This document shows, in pieces, positions 1 through 8,350 of a stretch of 34,377 nucleotides of DNA. This DNA comes from a virus (lineage: Duplodnaviria; Caudoviricetes), in IMG/VR virus record IMGVR_UViG_3300031802_000399, positions 1 through 34,377 of that record; one strand, written 5' to 3'. The notes beneath the pieces were generated by a model. That model made no database searches, was not told the DNA's origin, and was given only the letters and a program-made list of their open reading frames with translations. Made by a program: the position numbers and the translations under genes. Each line of letters opens with the position of its first letter. Position 1 is the first letter of the stretch.

Positions 1-1
1 C

Positions 2-520
2 GGCGTACAGACGCCCACAGGCCCGCACCCTCTTAGCGTATTCCTATATAAGGACCAAATAGCCGACGTAATATGTGGTTTAAAAGAGGATCCTTTTAGC
101 CGCAGGCATATTGTTACAGCATGGAACCCCGCAGAACTAGATAAAATGGCTTTGCCGCCTTGTCATATGATGTTCCAATTTAATGTTAATAAAAATATGG
201 AATTGAGTTGCCAGTTATACCAACGCTCGTGTGATATGTTCTTGGGCGTACCTTTTAATATAGCAAGTTATAGTCTGCTTACACAAATTATTGCTCGTGA
301 ATGCGATTTATACGTAAGAGACTTTATATGGACAGGTGGTGATTGTCACATATACAATAATCATATAGATGCTGTTACAGAACAATTAACTCGCACACCA
401 AAAGAATTACCTGAAGTGTTTATATCAGTTGGAAAGAAATGGGATGACTATAATATAACAGATTTTGTGTTAGCGGATTATGATCCCATGCCAAGTATAA
501 AAGCAGAGATGGCAGTATGA
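2..520 (+). CDS. thyA: Thymidylate synthase, C-terminal part (5'-truncated by window)
   Basis: The frame is open from base 2 (…KDQIADVICGLKEDPFSRRHIVTAWNPAELDK) into MALPPCH, LYQRSCDMFLGVPFNIASY, GDCHIYNNH and the C-terminal AEMAV. The catalytic Cys and the dUMP-specifying Asn (PFN) are present. Confidence 0.97.
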   Translation, partial: GVQTPTGPHPLSVFLYKDQIADVICGLKEDPFSRRHIVTAWNPAELDKMALPPCHMMFQFNVNKNMELSCQLYQRSCDMFLGVPFNIASYSLLTQIIARECDLYVRDFIWTGGDCHIYNNHIDAVTEQLTRTPKELPEVFISVGKKWDDYNITDFVLADYDPMPSIKAEMAV

Positions 521-693
521 GAATATGGACTAATTTTGAATTAGGTATAACAATATGTGTTGGCATTGCTATGGGTTTTACTATAGCATTATTATTTTCG
601 GTAGGATGCGGCGAGACTGTTATCGAAGATCATGAAGTACTAATAGGTAATTTTTTAGGGTATGAAGAATTAATGGTAGTTAAGAAACATTGA
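517..693 (+). CDS. Small (58 aa) putative membrane protein, absent from the ORF track
   Basis: Its ATG overlaps the thyA stop (ATGA) and its TGA overlaps the next gene's TTG. Translation MRIWTNFELGITICVGIAMGFTIALLFSVGCGETVIEDHEVLIGNFLGYEELMVVKKH has one hydrophobic segment. Confidence 0.7.
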   Translation: MRIWTNFELGITICVGIAMGFTIALLFSVGCGETVIEDHEVLIGNFLGYEELMVVKKH

Positions 694-1307
694 ACATTAT
701 AACATTTGATCCTAAATTAGATAGTAGTAAAGATCTTGTTAAAAAATTATCTATTAAGTGTAAAGAAATTTATAAAAGCAATGATACTCTTGCAGAAAAC
801 TATAGTACTAAAAAATTTATAATAGCCGATCAGACTATAATCACTTTAGTATTAGATTCAATTGATGAAATAATGATGTTTGCAACATTATACAATACAA
901 AATTTTATAATAATTCTTTTCGTACAGTAAATAGACTGTGGAAATCTCCTACTATTAGAAAAGAAACACCTTGGAAGAATGCTCACAATAGAAAATTTTT
1001 TTATGGGCCCGATATTATAATAGGACATATCAACTTTGCTAAAGAAAAAAATATAAATCAATTGTTTATAAGTATAGAAGGAGGAGCACATAGATACTTA
1101 AAATATATTAGTTCTGTATTAGAAGAAAGAACAGGATTAAAATGGACTGCTCCTAAAGAAATGTATCAAGTTTGTCCTGCTAATAACTTCAGATGTTGGC
1201 AAAATATTACCTATACAAATATATTCAAAGAAGAACCTTTACCATTTAAATGTTCAGGGTTAACATATGAAGAAATGATTAAAACTAAATATAACTATGA
1301 GAACTGA
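690..1307 (+). CDS. Hypothetical protein, possibly GNAT-like acyltransferase fold
   Basis: 205-aa ORF with a TTG start, coupled to both neighbours. The alpha/beta pattern (RTVNRLW, QLFISIE) is loosely GNAT-like, and it ends in a YQVCP…CWQ motif. The function call is weak. Confidence 0.5.
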   Translation: MNIITFDPKLDSSKDLVKKLSIKCKEIYKSNDTLAENYSTKKFIIADQTIITLVLDSIDEIMMFATLYNTKFYNNSFRTVNRLWKSPTIRKETPWKNAHNRKFFYGPDIIIGHINFAKEKNINQLFISIEGGAHRYLKYISSVLEERTGLKWTAPKEMYQVCPANNFRCWQNITYTNIFKEEPLPFKCSGLTYEEMIKTKYNYEN

Positions 1308-2328
1308 AATCGCTGTTAACACTATAAAACCATATAAGTCACCGAGAATAATACCCAAACAATATCCAACATTAAATAATTTGGATACGTTTACTGTTAA
1401 AGATAATCCATACTCGTACATTTATATTGATCTAACATATGCATGTAATATGCATTGCCACTATTGTTATAATCCTGTAAGGACATTACCAGATATTGAT
1501 TTAGATTATTTTAAATATGTATGTGAAAATCTTCCTCGCAGGGTACAACTTCGTTTGTTGGGTGGCGAACCTACTATGTACGAACATTTAGAAGAAGCAT
1601 GTCAAATAGCACATAAAAATGGACACTTTGTTTCTATTATTACAAACGGTATTAAATTTGCAGATAAAGCATATGCACAGTCAATAAAAGATTTAGGAAT
1701 TCCTACATTAGTACCAGGATTAACAATGAACGGTGGTAGAAATAGAGATGACTGGTATGCTGAAATTGATAATGCTAATTGTTCAAAAATAAAAGTCAAA
1801 GCATTAGAAAATATTATAGAAGTTGGATTTAGAAAAGTATATCTTGCCGCTATTGTAATAAGAGATTTTAACGAAGGAATTATTAAAGAGTTATACGATA
1901 TTTCACGTGAACATCCAAAGCAAATAAAAAATATACACTATAGAACTGCTGGAAATGTAGGACGCTGGAATGAAAAATTTGGACAACCTTATACTGCTAC
2001 AGAATTACATGAAGTAGTTGCTAGTATTATTCCTGGAGCGGTAAAGCCTTTAAAATGGATAAGGGATGGTATTAATCCTTCTACAATTAAAGGTGTTCAT
2101 ATTAATAACGACAAACTTACATGTCGAGGATGCTGTCGCGAATATTATTCAGAACCAGGTTTGTTAATTTCAATAATTGAATTTGGTACTGACAATGCTG
2201 GAAAATGTTGGCGGCGTGGAAAACTTAACCCAGATGGAACTGTACAATCTTTCTTTGCTGGAATGCGTGAATTTACTACAGATACATTAGGAGTAGAGTC
2301 CTGTGATGGTGACCATTCCCCTAGTTAA
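1297..2328 (+). CDS. Radical SAM protein with C-terminal Cys motif (paralog A)
   Basis: CxxxCxxC (CNMHCHYC), GGEPT and TNG motifs, with C-terminal CRGCC…KCWRRG. Confidence 0.92.
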   Translation: MRTEIAVNTIKPYKSPRIIPKQYPTLNNLDTFTVKDNPYSYIYIDLTYACNMHCHYCYNPVRTLPDIDLDYFKYVCENLPRRVQLRLLGGEPTMYEHLEEACQIAHKNGHFVSIITNGIKFADKAYAQSIKDLGIPTLVPGLTMNGGRNRDDWYAEIDNANCSKIKVKALENIIEVGFRKVYLAAIVIRDFNEGIIKELYDISREHPKQIKNIHYRTAGNVGRWNEKFGQPYTATELHEVVASIIPGAVKPLKWIRDGINPSTIKGVHINNDKLTCRGCCREYYSEPGLLISIIEFGTDNAGKCWRRGKLNPDGTVQSFFAGMREFTTDTLGVESCDGDHSPS

Positions 2329-3226
2329 AAAAGATTCTGTTGTTAATAGAGCATATAAATTTGAGGAGAATCCGTTCACCGAAGTTTATATTGACGTCAA
2401 TTACAAATGCAATATGGCATGTCCTATGTGCTATTCCGATACACCTCTTGGTGCTCAAGCAACAATACCCGATTTAGATCTAGACTATTATGAAGAATTT
2501 TGTGCTAAACTTCCTCAGCCTATAATCATTCCAATGGTCGGTGGTGAACCTACTATAAGTAAACACATATTAAAAATAATAGAGATAACGCACAAGTATG
2601 GGCATCTTGCTTTTATGTCTACTAACGGTAGACGGTTTGCACAGAGTTTAAACTTTACAAAACAATTTGCAGAAGTAGCAAAGAAAGGCAATACAAGAAT
2701 TCATATTGATATTAGTGGCGGCTATAATGATGATTATAATCAAATTTTATATGGTGAGCCGGGTGTAGAAATGAAAATGAAAGCATTAGAAAACATGCGC
2801 GAAGCAAAACTTGGAAAAGTTTTAATAGCATGTGTACTAATACGTGGATTCAATGAAAATGCAATTCCTGATGTACTTGATATGGCTCAAAAATATAAAA
2901 GAATAGTGCGGCGACTTAAATTTAGAGCACAAGGACATACTGGTAGATTTGTAGATGAGGAACAACCATATACAACACCCGAAATAATAAATTTATTAGA
3001 AGAGCATATAGGATATGAAGCAATTTATAAAGATGTTACATTAAGTGGAAAGATAGTAGATAAATGTTTAGGTAAAAATTGTTGTATGCATTTTAGACCA
3101 TGGCGTGGTTTACAAATTCAAGTACTTGAACATTTTACCAGACAAGGTGTATGTTGGCGCAAGGGATTTTTAACCAATGAAGGCACAATAGTACCTTGGG
3201 GAGAAGACGGCGGACCTTATGTATAA
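2303..3226 (+). CDS. Radical SAM protein with C-terminal Cys motif (paralog B)
   Basis: CNMACPMC, GGEPT and STNG motifs, with C-terminal CLGKNCC…VCWRKG. Colinear with the upstream gene. Confidence 0.92.
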   Translation: MMVTIPLVKKDSVVNRAYKFEENPFTEVYIDVNYKCNMACPMCYSDTPLGAQATIPDLDLDYYEEFCAKLPQPIIIPMVGGEPTISKHILKIIEITHKYGHLAFMSTNGRRFAQSLNFTKQFAEVAKKGNTRIHIDISGGYNDDYNQILYGEPGVEMKMKALENMREAKLGKVLIACVLIRGFNENAIPDVLDMAQKYKRIVRRLKFRAQGHTGRFVDEEQPYTTPEIINLLEEHIGYEAIYKDVTLSGKIVDKCLGKNCCMHFRPWRGLQIQVLEHFTRQGVCWRKGFLTNEGTIVPWGEDGGPYV

Positions 3227-3242
3227 CCTTACGTATGATAAT

Positions 3243-3250
3243 GATAAATA
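3243..3250 (+). promoter_or_regulatory. Putative T4-like late promoter (GATAAATA)
   Basis: 7/8 match to TATAAATA, in an intergenic gap 26 nt before the ATG at 3277 and followed by a GGAGA ribosome-binding site. Confidence 0.5.
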
Positions 3251-3276
3251 TAATATAGTTTAATGGAGAACAACAA

Positions 3277-3585
3277 ATGCCAACAACACAAATAGTGACA
3301 TTCTCAAAAGGAAACACTGTATTTGCAAATGCAGATAATGCAATTCAAAATTTGGAAGTAAATATACCGACTGCAGAACTATCTGCTATTAAAAGTTTAA
3401 TCACTGAAGCAGAAAGTGCAGGTAATTTGACCCAACAAAAAACTTTAAGTGCAGACGGCACAACAACTACAATAACAAGAAGTTGGGGCGATGCCGGCTG
3501 GACAGCATATTCAGCATTAGCAAATCAACAAGCATCTGCAAAAGCAGGAGTAGAAGCAGCTGGTTGGACAGTAACTATTTCTTAA
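3277..3585 (+). CDS. Small Ala/Thr/Ser-rich protein, possibly virion-associated or a modification substrate
   Basis: 102 aa with a strong RBS (GGAGA), no Cys or His, and two AGWT motifs. Its composition resembles the structural proteins more than the neighbouring enzymes. Confidence 0.75.
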   Translation: MPTTQIVTFSKGNTVFANADNAIQNLEVNIPTAELSAIKSLITEAESAGNLTQQKTLSADGTTTTITRSWGDAGWTAYSALANQQASAKAGVEAAGWTVTIS

Positions 3586-3645
3586 TATTCCACTGATATA
3601 AATGTACCATCGATAAATGTGTGTTTTCTAACCACAAGTTGACCA

Positions 3646-4281
3646 ATGAGTTTTGAATTATATAATACAATAACAGCCTATGGTGATCAAATACCATTGG
3701 CCATAAGTATTAAGTATGAAAAAGTATTGGATAAATTACAATCTTTTGATAATGACTGGACACAGTATAATCCTAGAAAGTTACCTAATAATAGACATGG
3801 ATTAAGTATTACAAATCTAGACGGAAAATTGGGTGCTGGTCCGGATTTAGATAGTTTAATTCAGTACAATAAAGAGCATGGTACAACAATAAGAGAATTA
3901 GATTTTATAGTACCCACTCCTGTATATGATATATTTGCTGAATGTTTTGAACCTTTTAAACAATGGTTAGTTAGATGTCATGTACTACAATTACGAGCAG
4001 GCGGATTTTTCCCTCACCACATAGATAATTATGGTTCAGATATCAATTCATTTAGACTATTAATACCATTAGAAAATTGTAATCCAATGAAGGGATATTT
4101 TTTAATAGAAAATAGAATTTTAAATTGGCAACATGGAGTTTTATACTTTATGAATACCTGTAAACAACATGTAGTTTTTAATGCAACGTCAAATAGGAAT
4201 ATGACGTTTGTTGTTTTAAATGTATTATTAAATGAGGAATCTGTTAATTATTTCCTATCACCAGAAGCGATGGGTTTTTAA
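3646..4281 (+). CDS. 2OG-Fe(II) oxygenase, aspartyl/asparaginyl beta-hydroxylase-like
   Basis: HxD (PHHIDN), RLLIPL strand, distal His (NTCKQHVVFN) followed by Arg. Confidence 0.8.
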   Translation: MSFELYNTITAYGDQIPLAISIKYEKVLDKLQSFDNDWTQYNPRKLPNNRHGLSITNLDGKLGAGPDLDSLIQYNKEHGTTIRELDFIVPTPVYDIFAECFEPFKQWLVRCHVLQLRAGGFFPHHIDNYGSDINSFRLLIPLENCNPMKGYFLIENRILNWQHGVLYFMNTCKQHVVFNATSNRNMTFVVLNVLLNEESVNYFLSPEAMGF

Positions 4282-4958
4282 TACCCTAGTACTTCTAATA
4301 AATCACTTGGAAAAGTTTTTTTTATTTTTTGATAATGTATGTCCTTTAAGAATTCTATATACGTATGACAATTCTTAGGATTAGTTCGATGATTACCAAT
4401 ACCATGATTAAAAGATAAACTAGATTCAAATGCTTTTACTAATTTGTCCATATGAATATCATATTCCAAATAGACTTTAATTTTTTTACAAACATCTATC
4501 ATATCTATTCTATTCCATAAATCTTCTAGTTTAATAAACAAAACTGTTGTTCTGTTCTTAACGTTTTCGTACATTTTATTAATATTCTTTCCACTAGAAT
4601 TATCCATTTCAAATAATATTTTTTCGTCTATTGTCTTTAAAGAATTGATATATTCATAATATGAATAAAGTTGATTATATGGTTCATACAACCAAGGTTC
4701 TTGTTTAGCAGTTGCTACCTGATGCCAACGCATTGCAGACATAATTATTTCATAAGGGTGTCTAATAATTACTATACATTTACTTTTTAAAACAGTAATA
4801 TCTTCTACTTCGTTAAAATGATCGACAAACTGAAAATTAAATTTGTCATTATATTTTTTATATTCTTCGAAGATTTTATAAAATAATAGTGTTCCAGTCT
4901 TATGATATGAAGCAATTATGATTTGTGGCGTTTCTTTCCGCATCTTATTTTTTGCCAT
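4278..4958 (-). CDS. Sulfotransferase-family protein
   Basis: 5'-PSB-like loop HKTGT, 3'-PB-like IIRHPYEIIMS, IKLEDL and C-terminal LGY. The start may be the Met at 4943. Confidence 0.8.
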   Translation of the reverse strand: MAKNKMRKETPQIIIASYHKTGTLLFYKIFEEYKKYNDKFNFQFVDHFNEVEDITVLKSKCIVIIRHPYEIIMSAMRWHQVATAKQEPWLYEPYNQLYSYYEYINSLKTIDEKILFEMDNSSGKNINKMYENVKNRTTVLFIKLEDLWNRIDMIDVCKKIKVYLEYDIHMDKLVKAFESSLSFNHGIGNHRTNPKNCHTYIEFLKDIHYQKIKKTFPSDLLEVLGY

Positions 4959-5128
4959 CCTCTTTCATGTAGATAATATAATCCCATTTTTGTAATGACT
5001 TCTATACCAGCAATAGATACGGCCCAAGCGAGGCGGCCAGTTATAAAATAACTGATAATAAAAGTATCTGTGGTTGCTAATACCCTCCATGATATAGTCT
5101 TAATTATAGATCGTTCAACAGTTTCCAT
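4916..5128 (-). CDS. DUF2061-type small membrane protein
   Basis: RSIIKTISWR…LYYLHERGW signature with two hydrophobic segments. Confidence 0.85.
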   Translation of the reverse strand: METVERSIIKTISWRVLATTDTFIISYFITGRLAWAVSIAGIEVITKMGLYYLHERGWQKIRCGKKRHKS

Positions 5129-5160
5129 AGCCTAACCCTCTTTTTGGTTAACTATTTAGA
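5127..5160 (-). promoter_or_regulatory. Late-promoter-like TCTAAATA overlapping an RBS/start-sequestering hairpin
   Basis: The minus strand reads TCTAA-ATAGTTAACC-AAAAAGAG-GGTTAGGCTAT-G, giving a 10-bp stem with one G-U pair and one bulge. Confidence 0.5.
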
Positions 5161-5189
5161 CTGGTTTGTAACTAGGTAAACATATCTTT

Positions 5190-5849
5190 TTAAGTATATT
5201 GTTGTCTATCGTTATCTGTATTCAGTGAAAGCCACTCATCAGATGGTTTTAACCATTCTCCTTTTGGGGGCCATCTTGTTGATTTTACTAATTCAAAAAT
5301 GAATCCATGCGTTTTAGATAATTCTATTGCTTCGTCAATTTGATGTTCATTGAATTTAAATACTACAAATTTCCATATAACTCTTATATTCATTTCTCTA
5401 GCAAGTAACATTGCATCCCATGTCTGTTGTGTATTTTGATTTACTCTATATATTGCAGAAGACTCTCCCACTCCATCTAAACTAAATGCCCATTCAACAT
5501 GGGGGCCCGATAATTCATATGCTTGTTTATACCATTTTAATTTTTTACCGGATCCATTTGTGTTAACTCTATAATATTTGTTTTTATCTAAACATGCTAA
5601 AATATCTAAAAAATTTCTATGGTATATAGCATCAGATATTGTACCGCAAAAATTTAACATATCAAAATACTTAACTAGTTTTTTAACATTTGCTATAGAT
5701 ATATCTCCACTTTCATTTATTTTTTTTGTAGCTAATTCTTTTGGACGTGCATGTCTCTCACATAAAAAACATTGAACTATACATTTATTAGATGCATCTA
5801 CATTTACCATTGGTTTTCTAATTGCTGTCAGATAATCTTCGTAATACAT
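5190..5849 (-). CDS. Radical SAM core-only protein
   Basis: CIVQCFLC, CGTISD, NTNGSG, FSLDG and WKFVVFKFNEHQIDEA. The start is probably MYYED at 5849, after a G-rich RBS, rather than 5885. Confidence 0.88.
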   Translation of the reverse strand: MYYEDYLTAIRKPMVNVDASNKCIVQCFLCERHARPKELATKKINESGDISIANVKKLVKYFDMLNFCGTISDAIYHRNFLDILACLDKNKYYRVNTNGSGKKLKWYKQAYELSGPHVEWAFSLDGVGESSAIYRVNQNTQQTWDAMLLAREMNIRVIWKFVVFKFNEHQIDEAIELSKTHGFIFELVKSTRWPPKGEWLKPSDEWLSLNTDNDRQQYT

Positions 5850-6162
5850 CTTCCCCCCATGTTGATAATTTTGAACATTTTTCATTGCATATATCTGGTT
5901 TAATCGAATCAGAATCTTCTAACATTTTAAAAAAGGATCTCCATATATCTGATGTTAATACATCTTCTACGCTATCATTATTTTCTAATTTTAATTCTTC
6001 GTTAAATAAACCGTATTGTGATAATTGTTCTTCATCGAGAGCCTTATCACACCAACAACACGGTAAAAGAAATCCGCGAGAACTATAAGTGATTTCTTTT
6101 ATTTTTGTATTTTTTACTATTTTATTATCTATATTCCAATAAGGAAAACATTTAGGAAACAT
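5818..6162 (-). CDS. Stand-alone SPASM/twitch-like Fe-S domain protein
   Basis: PKC…SSRGFLLPCCWCD…ICNEKCS matches the C-terminal domain of the 7256-8350 protein (IKC…SAEGLCLPCCW…VCAEKCG). Confidence 0.8.
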   Translation of the reverse strand: MFPKCFPYWNIDNKIVKNTKIKEITYSSRGFLLPCCWCDKALDEEQLSQYGLFNEELKLENNDSVEDVLTSDIWRSFFKMLEDSDSIKPDICNEKCSKLSTWGEDVLRRLSDSN

Positions 6163-6165
6163 ATT

Positions 6166-7266
6166 TTATAAATGTCCTCTTAATTTAAAAAACTCCCTAT
6201 CTTCGTCTGTATATTTATAGAGCTTCTTTTTAGATGCCTCTAGTTCATTGGCGTCAGTTTTATTATGTAATGCCATTACTTCGTAATGTAAATTTTTATA
6301 TTGAGATGCAAGATCGATTATTTTTAATATCCTATCTTTATAATCTTTATCGTACATAAATTTAACATTCAAATGTTTACAATTTTCGTCTCGCAATTCT
6401 AGAAATTGTTGTACCTTGTTTATAAACTTATCTGTCATATATGCAAGATGTACACTAAAAGTTATATCGCTCAATGTATTTAATTTATATAATTTTTTAA
6501 CTGTTCCTGTTAAATTAGTCAGAGTTAATATTTTAGTATTAAATCGATCATCATCATGGATCATTTTTATAAAATCATAGTAGTGAGGTATTAGTGTCGG
6601 TTCACCTCCTCCAAAAATATAACTCGCTAGTTTGTTATCCAAATTTAATTCTCGCTCTATAATTATATCGGTTAAAAATTTATAATCATTTTCTAATTTT
6701 TTCATATTATGAATAGGACTAAAATTATCATGTATAGTAGGAGGACAATAGTGACAATCAAAATTACATCGTCTTCCTAAAAACCAATCTATATGAATCA
6801 ATGCATCATCGATAAAACCAGATAATCCAAATGCTAAAATTTTTTCATTATCATAATATGGTATTTTATTTTTTTCTTCATCAGACAATGATTTAAATGT
6901 TGTTTTAAATTTTGTTAAATGATCTAGATCTATACCTTTTGGTATACCTATATCCATTCCACAATAACAATTTTCTTTAGGACAAATATCTGCTTTGTTA
7001 TTAAAAATAACAGGACGTCCATCATGAGTATTATAATCGTTATCAAAGCCAAAACGAGATAAAGAATTACATATGGTATTACTTATAAAACCAGTTATTT
7101 GACTGCCTGATCGAAATGGTCCACTGGTATTAAAATTATATACATGACTAGATGCATCACACACCCAACCTTTAACTTGAGTATGAAATTTTAAATCTAC
7201 TAATCTAATATTTCGTAGACCTTTATCTGTTAATATTATCCATGACCACATTAAATTATTTCTCAA
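6166..7266 (-). CDS. Radical SAM protein with N-terminal Cys-rich auxiliary domain
   Basis: CNFDCHYC lies mid-protein, followed by GGGEPT and TNL. The N-terminal region has GWVC…TIC…ICPKENCYCGMDIGIPK. Confidence 0.88.
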   Translation of the reverse strand: MRNNLMWSWIILTDKGLRNIRLVDLKFHTQVKGWVCDASSHVYNFNTSGPFRSGSQITGFISNTICNSLSRFGFDNDYNTHDGRPVIFNNKADICPKENCYCGMDIGIPKGIDLDHLTKFKTTFKSLSDEEKNKIPYYDNEKILAFGLSGFIDDALIHIDWFLGRRCNFDCHYCPPTIHDNFSPIHNMKKLENDYKFLTDIIIERELNLDNKLASYIFGGGEPTLIPHYYDFIKMIHDDDRFNTKILTLTNLTGTVKKLYKLNTLSDITFSVHLAYMTDKFINKVQQFLELRDENCKHLNVKFMYDKDYKDRILKIIDLASQYKNLHYEVMALHNKTDANELEASKKKLYKYTDEDREFFKLRGHL

Positions 7267-8350
7267 ACATATCTTTAAAGGTATCTAATCCTGTACCACA
7301 TTTTTCTGCACAAACATCTAGTCTACCTTCTTCTAAACTAGAACAAGACCAACTATTTTTAATATCAGTAAAAAAGCCTCTATTATCCATAACATCTTCT
7401 AATTTATTATTAATAACATCTATTCCTTTTTTACCTCCTACTGCATCTATAAAATTCCATATTGGTTCTGATTTAAATTCTCTAAAAGTTCTATACATGC
7501 GAGAAGCAGTCCAACAACAAGGTAAACATAATCCTTCTGCAGATATATACATAGAGTTGTCTTCTAATACTTTACATTTAATTTCAGTTTGATCATAATA
7601 AGTTTTCATATTACCATATTGTTCTGTTAATTGTTCTACTTTATAAAGTGACTTGTTCTGATATTCTTTTGAAGTTGGCATTTTGATAGTTCCTTTAATT
7701 TGTTCTTGCTTTTTTTTAGTTCGAATATTTTGTTCAGTTACACGAGAATGAGTTCTGGCATTCCAAAAACGATCTGATTTTTTTAATCGAAATTCTTCGA
7801 ATCCTAATTTTTTAGAAAATGCTCTTGCTTCTTCAATTTGATGTTCATTATGTTCAAATACTATAAAGTCCCATTTTGCTCTTCCTCCAGCATTTATAAA
7901 TGCTTCCATACTACGTATTACAATATCCCAATTAACATTTTGTCTATATATATGATTTGTATCTTCTAATCCGTCTACACTAAAAGTAACTATACCCTTG
8001 CGTCCAAAAACTTTTGCAAGATCTGCCCACCATTCCTTTTTACGTGCGCCTGCATTGGTATGCATACCGAACCATATATCGGGATTTTGTTCTCTAAAAT
8101 ATTGATATACTTCTACTGTATCTTGTGCTATACAAGGTTCCCCAAAATTACCACACGTAAATAAAGAAGTTAATTGTTTAATAAATTCTGGTTCAAATAT
8201 TTTTTGACAATCTTCTAACGTAAGTTCCGCCATTGTTAAATGAGGATTAATACCTACTCCGTTTAAATTACGAGGACATTGCGGACAAGCAGCTTGACAT
8301 TTTTCTGTTATTTCTAAATGAATTTGCCTTATATCCTTATATCTATACAT
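7256..8350 (-). CDS. Radical SAM/SPASM (twitch) domain protein
   Basis: CQAACPQC, CGNFGEP and FSVDG motifs, with C-terminal C…PCC…CxxxC. Confidence 0.92.
   Translation of the reverse strand: MYRYKDIRQIHLEITEKCQAACPQCPRNLNGVGINPHLTMAELTLEDCQKIFEPEFIKQLTSLFTCGNFGEPCIAQDTVEVYQYFREQNPDIWFGMHTNAGARKKEWWADLAKVFGRKGIVTFSVDGLEDTNHIYRQNVNWDIVIRSMEAFINAGGRAKWDFIVFEHNEHQIEEARAFSKKLGFEEFRLKKSDRFWNARTHSRVTEQNIRTKKKQEQIKGTIKMPTSKEYQNKSLYKVEQLTEQYGNMKTYYDQTEIKCKVLEDNSMYISAEGLCLPCCWTASRMYRTFREFKSEPIWNFIDAVGGKKGIDVINNKLEDVMDNRGFFTDIKNSWSCSSLEEGRLDVCAEKCGTGLDTFKDMFEK

Noticed and set aside
1-60. Locally GC-richer stretch as an intron or insertion in thyA
   Set aside because: The reading frame is open through it, and it falls in the variable loop before the DQI motif.
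2-520. thyA as a dCMP/dUMP hydroxymethylase feeding DNA hypermodification by the island
   Set aside because: The motifs are those of canonical ThyA, including the dUMP-specifying Asn. I recognise no DNA-modification hallmark genes (hydroxymethyl-pyrimidine kinase, DpdA, Que genes) in the window. This is not excluded for the rest of the genome.
3597-3620. TATAAATG and GATAAATG repeats upstream of the oxygenase as late promoters
   Set aside because: Both miss the final A of the core seen at the better sites, and such matches are expected by chance in AT-rich DNA.
5190-6162. Frameshifted pseudogene of a radical SAM/SPASM gene
   Set aside because: The domain order is reversed relative to the fused paralog, and both ORFs have their own starts and intact motifs.
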